64,000 bases of DNA, taken from an uncultured Gemmatimonadales bacterium. Lineage in GTDB: Bacteria > Gemmatimonadota > Gemmatimonadetes > Gemmatimonadales > GWC2-71-9. A model generated the notes under the pieces. The model had not been told where the DNA came from, did no database searches, and saw nothing but the letters and a program-made list of their open reading frames with translations. Shown here in pieces: positions 40,216 through 51,486 of this stretch (position 1 is the stretch's first letter; each line of letters starts with the position of its first letter). Position numbers and translations under genes: made by a program. The DNA lies in assembly GCA_963821525.1 (NCBI GenBank), contig CAWGED010000008.1, positions 192,001 through 256,000 on the forward strand, read 5' to 3'.

Positions 40216-40773
40216 ATGACCCATCGCGACCCTCCCGCGACTCAGCGGTTGCTCCAGGCCGGCGTGGCCGAATTCGCCCGTTTTCGGCGAGCCGGGGCCC
40301 GCACCTCCCGTATCGCTGCTGCGGCGGCGGTCAACAAGCAGCTGATCCATTACTACTTCGGGAACAAGGATGGCCTCTACTCGGCCGTCCTGGTACACGT
40401 CGCACAGGAGGCGGCTCAGGCACTGACCAGCCTGCCCCTGGTTGGCCTCACGGCGGTCGAGCGGCTGCGCCGGCTCATTCGGGGACAGTTCGACTTCTTC
40501 GCCCAGCACGATGCCCACACCCGGGTCCTCCTGGAGGCGGAATCGGGCGAGGAGTGGGCCGATGCGGCTGTCCGACCCGTGGTTGAGCTACTCACCGAGG
40601 GGCAGGCCACCGGATTCTTCCGGGACGACATAGACCCGCTCACTCACGCGAGGCAGGCGCTGGTGCTGCAGCTGGGATATTTCGCGATACAACCGGTCAC
40701 CTCGGCCTGGGGCGATCGAGTCCTCTGGCGGGACCGGGCCGCCGATCTCGTGGTTCGTGGCTGCACCTGGTAG
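40216..40773 (+). CDS. TetR/AcrR-family regulator
   Basis: IAAAAAVNKQLIHYYFGNKDGLY HTH. Confidence 0.88.
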   Translation: MTHRDPPATQRLLQAGVAEFARFRRAGARTSRIAAAAAVNKQLIHYYFGNKDGLYSAVLVHVAQEAAQALTSLPLVGLTAVERLRRLIRGQFDFFAQHDAHTRVLLEAESGEEWADAAVRPVVELLTEGQATGFFRDDIDPLTHARQALVLQLGYFAIQPVTSAWGDRVLWRDRAADLVVRGCTW

Positions 40774-40805
40774 GCTCGAAACCAGACTGAAACTGGAGGC
40801 TTCGA

Positions 40806-41684
40806 ATGGCCGGCACCGCTCTGCGCCGAATCGGAATGGCCGCCGCCGTTTTGGTGGGACTGTTGCTCATCCTCCTGCTCGGCATCTACGGGATCAGCAG
40901 GTCGAAGATGCGTCGCACCTACGTGATCAAAGCCGAGACGCTGGACCTCACGAGCGACAGCGCCACGATGGTGCAGGCCCGGCATCTCGTCACCGCCATC
41001 AACAAGTGCGTGGACTGCCACGGCGAGGACTTCGGTGGGACGACGATGGATCTCGGGCCCGTGGGAAAACTCCACCCGAGCAATCTGACTACTGGCAAAG
41101 GCGGTGTCGCGCCGATGAGCGACGCCGAGTGGATACGCGCCATCCGACACGGCGTCCGCAAGGATGGGCGACCCCTCGTGTTCATGCCATCCAGCGCGTT
41201 CGCCGCCATGGACGCCTCCGATCTGGCGGCCGTCATCGCGTACCTCAAGCAACTGCCTCCGGTCGACCGCGAACTTCCACCAACCCAGGTCGGAATGCTG
41301 GGCCGGTTCCTCATCGTCTCTAAACCCGGGCGGTTGCTTCAGGCGGAAGGCATTGATCACGAGGCGGCGATTCCCGCCGGAGTGCCGCACCAGCCATCAA
41401 CGGAATACGGACGCTATCTCGCCACTACCAGCGGCTGCACCTACTGCCATGGCGATAATCTGAAGGGCGGGCTCAAGGAAGGACCGCCAGGAACCCCGGC
41501 CAGCGCCGACCTGACGTCTACCGGACAACTGGCCAATTGGAGTGAAGACGATTTCCGTCGTGCCCTCAGAACCGGAATGCGGCCCGATGACAGCGTCATA
41601 AACCCGTTCATGCCGTGGCGACTGACCCGCCTGATGACGGACGATGAGATCAAGGCGGTGTGGTTGTACCTGAAGACCCTCTGA
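40806..41684 (+). CDS. Membrane-anchored diheme cytochrome c
   Basis: N-terminal TM helix, CVDCH and CTYCH motifs, two MP motifs. Confidence 0.88.
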   Translation: MAGTALRRIGMAAAVLVGLLLILLLGIYGISRSKMRRTYVIKAETLDLTSDSATMVQARHLVTAINKCVDCHGEDFGGTTMDLGPVGKLHPSNLTTGKGGVAPMSDAEWIRAIRHGVRKDGRPLVFMPSSAFAAMDASDLAAVIAYLKQLPPVDRELPPTQVGMLGRFLIVSKPGRLLQAEGIDHEAAIPAGVPHQPSTEYGRYLATTSGCTYCHGDNLKGGLKEGPPGTPASADLTSTGQLANWSEDDFRRALRTGMRPDDSVINPFMPWRLTRLMTDDEIKAVWLYLKTL

Positions 41685-41719
41685 AAAAGAGAACTCCGGC
41701 CAGGTGGTCCTGACCGGAG
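41684..41719 (-). terminator. Intrinsic terminator for lon
   Basis: Hairpin CTCCGGCCAGG-TGGT-CCTGACCGGAG followed by TTCTCTTTTT on the minus strand. Confidence 0.6.
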
Positions 41720-41740
41720 GTCCTAATGCTGGCTGGCCGA

Positions 41741-44266
41741 TTAGTGATGGAACTGGGCCAGCGGGGTGACGTCTCTCGGATTCTCCTCGCCGAACAGCAG
41801 GCGACCCTCCTTGAAGGTTGCTCCGCGGAGCGTCAGGGCGAGTGCCTCACCCAGATTCTCCACCGGGTGGACCTCGACCATCTTGAGCACCTCTTCGGGC
41901 AGATCCTGGAGATCCGGCTCGTTCTTCTTCGGCAGTACGATCCGCGTGATACCGGATCGCACCGCGCCCAGGACCTTCTCCTTCACTCCACCGATCGGTA
42001 GCACGTGACCCCGCAGGGTGATCTCGCCGGTCATCGCGATATCGTTCCGCACCGGCCGGCCTGACAGCACCGACACCAGCGCTGTGGCCATCGCCACGCC
42101 CGCCGAGGGACCTTCCTTGGGTATCGCACCCGCGGGAACGTGAATGTGCACGTCTCGGTCGAACATCTCTTCCTTGATGTGCAGTCCGGCCGCGTGGGAG
42201 CGAGCGTAGGTCCAAGCCGCGCGGGCCGACTCCTTCATCACGTCACCCAGCTGCCCGGTGAGCACCAGCTCGCCCTTGCCCCGCATGGTGGAGGCTTCGA
42301 CGAACATGATGTCGCCACCGGTCGGGGTGTAATACATCCCAGTCGCGACGCCGATCTGATCCTCTCGCGCGGCGCGCTCCGGATGCACCCTGGGCCGTCC
42401 CAACAGCTCGGGCACCAGCGCGGCAGTCACGGTGACCCGCTCCGACTCCTTCGCCGCGATCTTGCGTGCCACTTTCCGCCCCAGCTTGCCGATTTCCCGC
42501 TCGAGCTGACGGACTCCGGACTCCCTGGTATAGCCGGTAATCAACTCGGCAACCGCCTCGTCCTGGAACTCGATCTGTTCCGGGGACAACCCGTTCTCCG
42601 CTCGCTGCCGCGGGATCAGGTAATTCCGCGCGATCATGAGCTTCTCGCGCTCGGTGTAGCCGGTGAACTCAACGAACTCCATCCGGTCGAGCAACGGCGC
42701 GGGAATGGCCTGCACGAAGTTGGCGGTGCAGATGAACAAGACCTCGCTCAGATCGAACGGCACGCCGAGGTAATGATCCACGAAGGTGTCGTTCTGGGCC
42801 GGGTCCAGCACCTCGAGCAGCGCGCTGGCCGGGTCTCCCTGGAAGGAGACGCCGAGCTTGTCCACTTCGTCCAGCAGAAACACCGGGTTCTTGCTTCCCG
42901 CCTGCTTCATTCCCTGGATGATCCGTCCCGGCATCGCACCAACGTAGGTCCGCCGGTGGCCGCGAATATCAGCCTCGTCGCGGGCGCCGCCCAGAGAGAT
43001 ACGAACGTACTTCCGTCCCATGGCCCGTGCGATCGACTTGGCCACCGAGGTCTTACCGACGCCGGGAGGGCCAACGAAGAGCAGAATCGGACCCTTGGCG
43101 ACCTTGTCGTCGGGGTTGCCCGGGATCTCCCGCTCCTTCTCCTCGGCCGGGGTCGGCGCTGAACTGGTCGCTGCCGCACCGTCACCCTCAGAGGAGGAGG
43201 GCGGAGTGCTCGTCTCATCCTTGTTCGCTGTCGGCACGCCCTTCAGGGCGCGAACGGCCAGGAACTCCAGCACCCGATCCTTCACGTCTCCCAGGGCGTA
43301 GTGATCTTCGTCGAGAATGCGCTGGGCCTCGACCAGGTCGAGGTGCTCCTGGCTGCGCTCGTTCCAGGGTAGCTCCGCGATGTTCTCGAGGAACGTCCGG
43401 ATGACCTGCGACTCCATGGACTCGCGGCTCATGCGGCCCAGGCGACCCAGCTCGCGATCGACTTCCTTGCGAGCCTCGGGCGGCAGGTTCAGCGCTTCGA
43501 GCTTCTGCTTCAGCTCCTCCAGCTCGTTCGAGCCCTCGTCATCCTCGCCCAGTTCCTTCCGGATCTGCTTCATCTGCTCCCGGAGGAACATCTCGCGCTG
43601 ACGCTCACCCAGCTCCTCCTGCACCTGGGACTTGATGTCCTCCTGGGCATCGAGCACGCTGATCTGGCGCTGGACGTGCACCAGCACCCGGCGCAGACGC
43701 TCTTCAACCGACAGAGTCTCCAGCAGGATCTGGCGTTGCTGAGGCGAGATGTCGAGGTAGCCCGCTACGAGGTCGGCGAAACGGCCGGGCTCATGAACTC
43801 CAGCCAGGACCTGTTGCACCACTTCCTCGGGCAATCCCGACTTCTGGCCCAGCTCGGCCGCGCGGGAACGAACCTCGCGGTAGAGTCCCACGAAGGCGGG
43901 ATCTTCCGCGTTGAGCGGGAGCATCTCCTCGGCGTCGCGAACGATGGAGTGGAGATAGCCGTCCTTTTCGGTCACGTGCATCGCGATGCCACGCCGCTCG
44001 CCGTGCAGCAGGAGCTGCATGCCAGCGAGCCCGCGCTGCAGTTGACCGATGCGCGCAATGGTACCGATTGTGTGGAGGCCCTCTGGGGCAACCGACTCGA
44101 TATTCTGGCGCTGTGAAACGGCGAAGATCAGCCGGTCAGGGGTAGCCAACGCAGCCTCGATGGCGCGCAGCGTTCCAGGACGGCCGGCACCGATGGGTGC
44201 CGTGATCCCCGGAAAGAGGACTACTTCGCGCAGAGGCAACACGGGAAGCGTCAGACGTTCACTCAT
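41741..44266 (-). CDS. lon: ATP-dependent Lon protease
   Basis: [38 protein letters not shown] and IGGVKEK. Confidence 0.97.
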   Translation of the reverse strand: MSERLTLPVLPLREVVLFPGITAPIGAGRPGTLRAIEAALATPDRLIFAVSQRQNIESVAPEGLHTIGTIARIGQLQRGLAGMQLLLHGERRGIAMHVTEKDGYLHSIVRDAEEMLPLNAEDPAFVGLYREVRSRAAELGQKSGLPEEVVQQVLAGVHEPGRFADLVAGYLDISPQQRQILLETLSVEERLRRVLVHVQRQISVLDAQEDIKSQVQEELGERQREMFLREQMKQIRKELGEDDEGSNELEELKQKLEALNLPPEARKEVDRELGRLGRMSRESMESQVIRTFLENIAELPWNERSQEHLDLVEAQRILDEDHYALGDVKDRVLEFLAVRALKGVPTANKDETSTPPSSSEGDGAAATSSAPTPAEEKEREIPGNPDDKVAKGPILLFVGPPGVGKTSVAKSIARAMGRKYVRISLGGARDEADIRGHRRTYVGAMPGRIIQGMKQAGSKNPVFLLDEVDKLGVSFQGDPASALLEVLDPAQNDTFVDHYLGVPFDLSEVLFICTANFVQAIPAPLLDRMEFVEFTGYTEREKLMIARNYLIPRQRAENGLSPEQIEFQDEAVAELITGYTRESGVRQLEREIGKLGRKVARKIAAKESERVTVTAALVPELLGRPRVHPERAAREDQIGVATGMYYTPTGGDIMFVEASTMRGKGELVLTGQLGDVMKESARAAWTYARSHAAGLHIKEEMFDRDVHIHVPAGAIPKEGPSAGVAMATALVSVLSGRPVRNDIAMTGEITLRGHVLPIGGVKEKVLGAVRSGITRIVLPKKNEPDLQDLPEEVLKMVEVHPVENLGEALALTLRGATFKEGRLLFGEENPRDVTPLAQFHH

Positions 44267-44329
44267 CGTATTCCTATTCCTTCCTTTGCAGGCAATTTGG
44301 CAGGTTTGCCAAACAAGTCACCCCCAAGG

Positions 44330-44345
44330 TGCACCGGGTGTGCCA
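44330..44345 (-). promoter_or_regulatory. Sigma54-type -24/-12 promoter upstream of lon
   Basis: The minus strand reads TGGCAC-ACCCG-GTGCA against consensus TGGCAC-N5-TTGCW, about 64 nt before the lon ATG. Confidence 0.55.
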
Positions 44346-44525
44346 AATCCTTGTGCCGGGGAATTTGGGGGTCCGAACCAAATCGGAACAGCGTCGCCTG
44401 CCAATCGCGCCTCCTTGGAGGGGCCTGACCTGCCGAACTGTCCGAATCGCCAAGCCCAACATGAAGCCGTGCCTTGTCCCTCTTGCTTTGGTCTGCTAAA
44501 TCTATGAGGCTTTTACCGATACCTA

Positions 44526-46418
44526 ATGACAGATCCGACCTCGCCGCTTGCTCCACGCCTGGCCGAAGCGCTGGGCAATGCCTACACGATCGAGGGCGAA
44601 ATCGGGCGCGGCGGTATGGGCGTCGTCTATCGCGCGCGCGACGAACGGCTGAAACGCCGCGTCGCTATCAAGGTCCTCCCTCCCGAGCTGGCCTTCCAAC
44701 AGGACATCAGGGCTCGTTTCACGCGCGAGGCTGAAACCGCGGCGCGGCTGTCTCATCCCCACATCGTCCCCATTCACTCGGTCGGTGAGGGGAACGGTCT
44801 GGTCTACTTCATCATGGGGTACGTTGACGGCGAGTCGCTTGGCGCCCGTCTCAAACGACGGGGCAGGCTTCCGGTGGAAGAGGCCCGCCGCATCATGAAA
44901 GAAACGGCGGATGCCCTGAGCGCCGCCCATGCCATGTCCGTCATTCACCGCGACATCAAGCCGGACAACATCCTCCTCGAAGGCACCCGAGGTCGAGTCA
45001 TGGTCACCGATTTCGGCATCGCCAAGGCGATGTCGGGCGGTTCGGGGGGCACCCTCACCAGCGCCGGCGTGGCGATTGGCACACCCCAGTACATGAGCCC
45101 GGAGCAGGCCGCTGGCGAAAAGGAGATCGACGGCCGGAGCGACCTCTACAGCCTGGGCATCGTCAGCTATCAAATGCTGACGGGTGAGCTTCCGTTTAAT
45201 GCACCATCGGTCGCGGGCATCCTGATGAAGCAGATCGGCGAGATGGCCGAGCCGATCAAGACGCTGCGAACCGAGGTGCCCGAGGACCTCGACCTCGCAG
45301 TGACCCGGTGTCTCGAGAAGGATCCGGAGAGCAGATGGCCTTCGGCCGATGCCCTCCGTCGCGCCCTCGAGAGCCGTACCGTGACCGGCTACCGTCCTAC
45401 GGGCCAGACGAGGGGGCAGTCGCGTTCGGGACTACAGCGTCCATCCCGGCCGAGCGCGGGCCGTCCGCTCGCCGGCCAAGCCCCGCCGCCACTCCCCGGT
45501 CCGCCCCGCGCCCGTGATGACTGGCGTGCGAGGCTCGACCGGCACACGGAGCGGGCAAGCCGTCGCATGGAGCGGCGGGACGACACTCCGCTCCCGGTGC
45601 CCGATACAGGCGAGCCAAAGATCGTCCAGAAGACCCGGGCCTACTTCGCGCGCTGGGCCGCGATCTCGGCGGGCTGCTTCATGGTCAACATAGCGACCGG
45701 GATCGGTGAGCCCTGGTTCCTGTTCCCGATGATGGGAATGGGCTTCGGACTAGTGACGCACTACTCCAAGCTCTGGCAGGCGGGATATACCTGGCGCGAC
45801 GTACTGAGCCGTCCCCCAGCACCCGATGCGCGTCTGGTTCCCGGGGGCAAGGGTCACAAGGGCGTGAAGCAGATCGCAGCACCGACCCGGGACGAATTTG
45901 GTGCCCACCACCAGGCAGTCAATCAGGCGTTCGGGGACCGGACGGCGATCTACAAGCTGCTGGATCGCATGACGCCGGCAGAGCGGCAGATGCTTCCCGA
46001 GGACGTGGCATCAACGGTAGACGGGCTCTACCTCCGCGCTTCCGAGCTGGCGCGGACTCTTCAGGCCATGGACAGCAACGTGGCCACTGAGGACCTCGGC
46101 CGAATCAGAGAGCGGATAACGGCGCTTTCCCGGGAGCCCGACGATGAGGAACGGGCCCGCAGGCTGGCGCTGCTGGAGCGGCAGGAGAAAGCGATCCGTG
46201 ACCTGGGCGGACGGCGCGATCAGATCGCCGGCCAATTCGAGTCCTGCTGTCTGGCGATGCAGAATGTGCGCTTCGATCTGTTGCGGCTCCGTTCGGCCGA
46301 CGCGGCCGCGGCACTCGGCGATCTCACGATGGCGACCCAGCAGGCCCGGGCGCTTTCGCGCGACGTGGACAATGCGATTGTGGCGGCGAGCGAGATACGT
46401 GAAGTCTTAGGTAAGTAA
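44526..46418 (+). CDS. Hanks-type Ser/Thr protein kinase with 2TM segment and coiled C-terminal domain
   Basis: GRGGMG, VAIK, HRDIKPDN, DFG and GTPQYMSPE, then two hydrophobic helices. Confidence 0.93.
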   Translation: MTDPTSPLAPRLAEALGNAYTIEGEIGRGGMGVVYRARDERLKRRVAIKVLPPELAFQQDIRARFTREAETAARLSHPHIVPIHSVGEGNGLVYFIMGYVDGESLGARLKRRGRLPVEEARRIMKETADALSAAHAMSVIHRDIKPDNILLEGTRGRVMVTDFGIAKAMSGGSGGTLTSAGVAIGTPQYMSPEQAAGEKEIDGRSDLYSLGIVSYQMLTGELPFNAPSVAGILMKQIGEMAEPIKTLRTEVPEDLDLAVTRCLEKDPESRWPSADALRRALESRTVTGYRPTGQTRGQSRSGLQRPSRPSAGRPLAGQAPPPLPGPPRARDDWRARLDRHTERASRRMERRDDTPLPVPDTGEPKIVQKTRAYFARWAAISAGCFMVNIATGIGEPWFLFPMMGMGFGLVTHYSKLWQAGYTWRDVLSRPPAPDARLVPGGKGHKGVKQIAAPTRDEFGAHHQAVNQAFGDRTAIYKLLDRMTPAERQMLPEDVASTVDGLYLRASELARTLQAMDSNVATEDLGRIRERITALSREPDDEERARRLALLERQEKAIRDLGGRRDQIAGQFESCCLAMQNVRFDLLRLRSADAAAALGDLTMATQQARALSRDVDNAIVAASEIREVLGK

Positions 46419-46494
46419 CGAGTACCGAGTACCTAGTACCTAGTAACAGCAGGATGGTCTCACTCGGTACTAGGTACCAGGTACTAGGTACTAG
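46414..46494. repeat. Inverted heptamer array (AGTACCT/AGTACCG ... AGGTACT)
   Basis: Read directly between convergent genes. Confidence 0.85.
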
Positions 46495-46805
46495 TGTTTG
46501 TCATGTCTCAGGTCCCACCGGTCGATCCTCAGATCCCGATGATCCCGACGGAAGTCGCGACGATCGTGGCGATGCTCACCCCGCCCGGCCCGATGCCGGA
46601 TGTCTCGGCGAATCTCACGATGATCCCAGCGCAGCTGATGTCGATCCATCCGGATTTCGTGGCGATCCCGGCGCAATTCCCGCCGTTCGTGCATTTCCAT
46701 CCGCGACTGGCGCAGGGCGCGGTCAGGAGTGACCGACTGGGCGTTGAGCTCGTGGCCAACCGCCAGGAGGAGCATGGCGGTCATGCCGAGGGTCATGCCT
46801 CGCAT
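46491..46805 (-). CDS. Small secreted Arg/Asp/His-rich heptad-repeat protein (104 aa)
   Basis: GAGAGG RBS, signal peptide MRGMTLG...LNAQ and repeats of type RRDRHEI/RRDHRDL. Confidence 0.65.
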   Translation of the reverse strand: MRGMTLGMTAMLLLAVGHELNAQSVTPDRALRQSRMEMHERRELRRDRHEIRMDRHQLRWDHREIRRDIRHRAGRGEHRHDRRDFRRDHRDLRIDRWDLRHDKH

Positions 46806-46895
46806 CGTTTCCTCTCTGTCATGAGTGAGTCTACGGTGCAGCCAAACCACGCAAGGAAGACGCAGGGCCGGGCCCTGCGTTAAACCGAATCCACC

Positions 46896-47609
46896 GTGCC
46901 GATCGGCTTCGCCGGGATCTACCACCTGGCCTGGTTCGGGTTGTTCCTGCCCTGGGCTGCATTCCGCTCGGGCCGGAAATTCGACACCCATCCCCTCCCG
47001 CCGCGGTCGCGGCTATTCCTCTCGATCATTGTCCAGCAGGTCGCGTTCGCCGCGCTGTCGCTGCTCGTTGCCTGGGGAGAGCACATCCCCCTCTTTCCAC
47101 CGCTCAATTTCCGCCCGGGCGTCCTGGCGCTGGGAGCGGGTGTGCTCGCCGTGGGATTCGCGTTGCTGGGACCCCGCTGGCGGCACGCCGTCGAACAACG
47201 GGAACGAAGGCTCTACATGTGCATGCCGCGGACGCCTCGGGAGCGGTGGCTGTGGGGCGGAGTTTCTGTGGCGGCGGGTTTCGGAGAAGAAGTGACCTAC
47301 CGCGGGGTGATGTTCATTCTGCTATCGCGACTGCTGGGAGGGCCACTGCCGGCTGCGCTCATCGCCTCAGCCGTATTCGGCTTATCTCACATTCTGCAGG
47401 GATGGAAGAATGCCGTGATAATCGGAATCGTGGCGCTGGCTATGCACGGCCTGGTGATCTGGTCGGGGTCGCTCTACATCGCCATGGCGGTGCATGCGAT
47501 CTACGACCTCGTGGCAGGATTTACCTACGGCAGACTCGGGGAGCGGCTCGGATACCCGCAGGAGGGAATCGAGGTACCGGCGCCGGGTGTGCCGAGCCCG
47601 GCTCAGTAA
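46896..47609 (+). CDS. CPBP-family (Abi/CAAX) intramembrane metalloprotease
   Basis: EE..YRG, FGLSH..QG and H..YD motifs. Confidence 0.88.
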   Translation: MPIGFAGIYHLAWFGLFLPWAAFRSGRKFDTHPLPPRSRLFLSIIVQQVAFAALSLLVAWGEHIPLFPPLNFRPGVLALGAGVLAVGFALLGPRWRHAVEQRERRLYMCMPRTPRERWLWGGVSVAAGFGEEVTYRGVMFILLSRLLGGPLPAALIASAVFGLSHILQGWKNAVIIGIVALAMHGLVIWSGSLYIAMAVHAIYDLVAGFTYGRLGERLGYPQEGIEVPAPGVPSPAQ

Positions 47610-49729
47610 CCCGCGATTTCGATCATCGCCGTGCGGAGATGTTCGACCTGCGGCAGGATCACGTCTTCCAGCTGCGGGGCATACGCTACGAAGGTGTCGG
47701 TCGAGGCAACTCGACGGACCGGAGCGTCGAGCCACTCGAAGGCCTCATCGGCAATGCGGGCCGCCAGCTCGGCTCCGTAGCCCCAGGAGAGAGAATCCTC
47801 GTAGGCGACAATGACCCGGTTGGTCTTCCGCACTGAGCCCATGACGGCATCCCAGTCGACCGGCGTCAGGCTCCGCAGGTCGATCACTTCCACGCTCAAG
47901 CCGTGCGCTTCCTCGGCTTCCTTCGCCGCGGTGATCGCGCGCTGCACGACCGCACCGTAGGTCACCAGTGTCAGGTCGGTTCCCTCTCGAACAACCTTGG
48001 CCTTGCCGAACGGGATCATGAAGTTGGGTCCCGGATTCGGCGCCTTGTTGTAGGTCTGCCGGTACAGGTGCTTGTGCTCGAGGAAGAGCACCGGATCTTC
48101 GCAGCGAATCGCGGTCCGTAGCAGACCGTTGGCATCGAGCGCGGTCGACGGACACACGACGCGAAGGCCGGGCACGCTGGTGAACACCACGGCCCCGGTC
48201 TGCGAGTGGTAGACGGAGCCGCCCTTCAGATACCCGCCGTAGGTGGTCCGGACCACGACCGGGGAACTGAAAGCATTGTTCGAGCGCCAGCGCATGAGAG
48301 CCAGCTCGTCGCGCAGCTGCATGTAGGCCGGCCAGATGTAATCGAAGAACTGGATCTCGACCACCGGCTTTAGCCCGCGGGTCGCCAGGCCGATAGCCCG
48401 CCCCACGATGTTGGCTTCCGCCAGAGGCGAGTTGTACACCCGATCGGAGCCGAAGGCCTTCTGAAGTCCCCACGTCACCTTGAAGACGCCCCCTTTGCCC
48501 TTCACCTCGGCGAGCTGCGCTTCGCGGCTCGCGTCGGCAACGTCTTGCCCAAACACCACGATCCGGGGATCCCGGGCCATCTCGTCCTTGAGGCAGCTGT
48601 TCAGCAGGTCCACCATCGTGGTGGGGTCGCCGGTAAAACGAGGATCGTCTTCGGTGTCGAACTGCTCCGACGTGGGATCGACATCGGGGGAGTAGACGTA
48701 CTGGTAGACCGTATCGAGCGCCGGCTGGGGGGAGGCCAGCGCGGTCTCGCTCGCGATCCGTACCTCTTCCTCTACTTCGGCTCGGATCGCCTCCAGCTCG
48801 ACTTCCGTCGCGAGCCCCTGCTCGACCAGGTGGCGGGGGAAGCGGGTGACCGGGTCTTTCTTCGCGTCCTCCTCCCGCTCTGCTGCACTGCGATAATGCA
48901 CCTCATCGTCGGAAAGCGAATGGCTGTATGGCCGGATCACGTGGGCATGAACCAGCGCGGGACCCTTCCGGGTCCGACAATAGTCCACCGCCCGGAGCAG
49001 GGTATCAAACGAGGCGATGGGATCGCAGCCGTCTACTTCCTCGATGAACAGGTTGGGAAACCCGGTCAACAGCTTCGAGATCGATCCGCCGGCCGTGTTC
49101 ACCTCGACCGGAACCGAGATGGCGTACTTGTTGTCTTCGATCAGGAACACGACCGGCAGCTTGAGATTGCAGGCCGAGTTCATCGCTTCCCAGAATTCGC
49201 CCTCGCTGGTGGTGCCGTCTCCCGACGAGCAGAAAACGACCTCGTCGCCGTAGGGGCCGGTCACGCTATCGGGAAGGCCCTGCACCTTGCTGTAGCGGAG
49301 CCAAGCCTCGGCGCATCCGACAGCCTGGAGAAACTGGGTGCCGGTCGGACTCGAGGCGCTGACGATGTTGTAGTCTTTGTGCCCCCAGTGAGAGGGCATC
49401 TGGCGGCCGCCCGAGTTGGGATCATCGGCCGCGCCGACGGCGGAGAGCAGCTGCTCGGTGGCCGTCATGCCCAGGCCGAGGCAGAGCGCCCGGTCGCGAT
49501 AGTAGGTGTAGAACCAGTCGTAGCCCGAACGGAAAACCTTGGCAGCCGCCGCCAGGACCGCCTCGTGGCCGGCACCCGAGATCTGGAAAAAGATCTTGTT
49601 CTGCCGCTTGAGCTGGATCTCCCGGTCGTCGAGACGCCGGGAGAGCAGGATCAGGCGGTAGATGTCGAGGAGATCGGCCTTGGAGAGTATTCGGGAGGTC
49701 TTCGGCGCGTTGCGGGAACGGGTGGCCAT
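47603..49729 (-). CDS. 2-oxoacid dehydrogenase E1 fused alpha/beta subunit
   Basis: GAGHEA, GRQMPSH, GDG...N TPP motif, HSLSDD, SPLAEA, EIQFFDY and HSQ. Confidence 0.93.
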   Translation of the reverse strand: MATRSRNAPKTSRILSKADLLDIYRLILLSRRLDDREIQLKRQNKIFFQISGAGHEAVLAAAAKVFRSGYDWFYTYYRDRALCLGLGMTATEQLLSAVGAADDPNSGGRQMPSHWGHKDYNIVSASSPTGTQFLQAVGCAEAWLRYSKVQGLPDSVTGPYGDEVVFCSSGDGTTSEGEFWEAMNSACNLKLPVVFLIEDNKYAISVPVEVNTAGGSISKLLTGFPNLFIEEVDGCDPIASFDTLLRAVDYCRTRKGPALVHAHVIRPYSHSLSDDEVHYRSAAEREEDAKKDPVTRFPRHLVEQGLATEVELEAIRAEVEEEVRIASETALASPQPALDTVYQYVYSPDVDPTSEQFDTEDDPRFTGDPTTMVDLLNSCLKDEMARDPRIVVFGQDVADASREAQLAEVKGKGGVFKVTWGLQKAFGSDRVYNSPLAEANIVGRAIGLATRGLKPVVEIQFFDYIWPAYMQLRDELALMRWRSNNAFSSPVVVRTTYGGYLKGGSVYHSQTGAVVFTSVPGLRVVCPSTALDANGLLRTAIRCEDPVLFLEHKHLYRQTYNKAPNPGPNFMIPFGKAKVVREGTDLTLVTYGAVVQRAITAAKEAEEAHGLSVEVIDLRSLTPVDWDAVMGSVRKTNRVIVAYEDSLSWGYGAELAARIADEAFEWLDAPVRRVASTDTFVAYAPQLEDVILPQVEHLRTAMIEIAGY

Positions 49730-49770
49730 GCCACAAAGATGAAAGGCCAGCGGGGGTGGGACAAGGCAGG

Positions 49771-49910
49771 GATGTGAGGATTGAGGGATTGAGGATGTAA
49801 GGATTGAGGAATCGGGACGGGCGTGGGACGTGACGCGAAGCATGTCCTAGGTCCACACATTTCATCTCGATCCCCAATCCTGAATCCTCACATCCCTCAA
49901 ACCCTAATGC
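49771..49910. repeat. Inverted 7-8-mer array (GGATTGAG ... CTCAATCC-like)
   Basis: Read directly from the sequence. Confidence 0.7.
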
Positions 49911-49917
49911 TTCCCGC

Positions 49918-51466
49918 TCAGCCCTCACTGATCCGGTTGGTGTAATCTGAGGCCGCCCGGATATCGGGGTCATTCCGCAGCAGGATGTCCTCAAGGGCGT
50001 CGGGACCCCAGCGTACTTCGGTGACGCGATAGGCCAATATCCGGCCCAGTCGAGCAGCGAGGGCGGAGTCGGGCTCGGCGGTGACCTGAAGTCGGGAGTG
50101 GACCCGGTCAAGAAAGGGCTTGACCAGGCTGGTCTGCCACTCGGAAACCGCGTCGAACCATTTCGCCCGGGCGGCGGGATCCTTGGGCAGGGTGGCGGCG
50201 ACACTGTCGGAGACCGCTGTATCGAAGCCGCTGTCAGAGGCGGCGAAGAACCAGGGTGGCAGCATCACCGGTTCCGGCAGGGTGATATCGGGAACGATTC
50301 CCCCTCCTCCTCGCACGCTCCTGCCATGCTGGGTCTGGTAGGTCTTGAGCGTGTCCTGTTCGGCACCGGACTTTCCGGCGAAGCTGTAGTACTGCTCGGT
50401 CTTGAGACCGTGATACGCCCTCTGAATGACGCGGCCACTGGGTGTGACCACGTGGCCAACGGTGAGCCAGACCATGTCGCCCTGAGGTGGGACCGGGAGG
50501 GCCTGCTGCATCAATGCCTTTCCAAACGTCCGGCGGCCGAGCAATAGCGCGCGATCGTGATCCTGGAGTGAGGCCGCCAGGGCCTCCGCCGCGGAGGCGC
50601 TGCCGTGATCAACCAGGACCACGAGCGGCATGTCACTGAACGCGCCGTCCTTCTCGGTGTTGTATTCGCGGTTGGCGCTGCGGATCCTGCCCTCGGTCCG
50701 GAAGACAAGCGTGCCCTTCTTGAAGAAGAGAGATGCGATGTCCACCGCAGCGAAGACGAGCCCACCCGGATTGCCCCTCAGGTCCAGGACCACACGTTGG
50801 GCGCCATCGCCCTTGAGTTTGCGGAACGCGTCGCTCATTTCGTGCCCGCCCTTTTCCTCGAAACCTTCCAGCCGGAGATACCCGGTGGACGCATCGAGCA
50901 TCCGCACCCTGCTCACCGACCTGGGCTTGATGAAGTCGTGCTTCACTGAGACGGTGATTGTCTGCGGCGACAGTCTCGGGCCGCGTTCGATCGACGATCT
51001 GTGCCTTGCTCCCCTTCTCTCCCAGCAGCCGCAATTGGATGGCCTCGGCGCGGAGACCCGCGACGGAGGTGTCGTTGATGGAAAGCAGCCGGTCTCCGGC
51101 CTGGACTCCGGCCCGGGCCGCGGGGCTTCCCGAAAGCACGGTCAGGACTGTGGGGACGTCGTCCACGTCCTCCAGCACGATGCCCGTACCGGCAACTTCC
51201 CCCGCCTCGTAGGCTTTCTTTCGCTCGTCCTCGCTGAGCGTCTCGAAGCGACTGTGGGGGTCGAGGGACGCGAGCACACCATCGATGGCCGCATGGACCA
51301 ACTCGGCATACGTCACCGAGTCGACGTAATTCAAACGGATCTGGTTGATGATGCTGGAGAAGGTCTGGAGCTGCTCGTAGGAAGACTGCGCCGCCAACGG
51401 CGCGCGTCCGACGAGAAGACCGATCAGCACGATGGCGATCTGAACCAGTCGAGACTGTCTATGCAT
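49918..51466 (-). CDS. S41 carboxy-terminal processing protease (PDZ); frameshift near 50990
   Basis: LDPHS, PDZ GSPAARAGV..GD, DLRGNPGG, SASAAE, TFGK and GI.PD. Confidence 0.9.
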
Positions 51467-51486
51467 GGGGCCGCGCTGCTCCGGGC

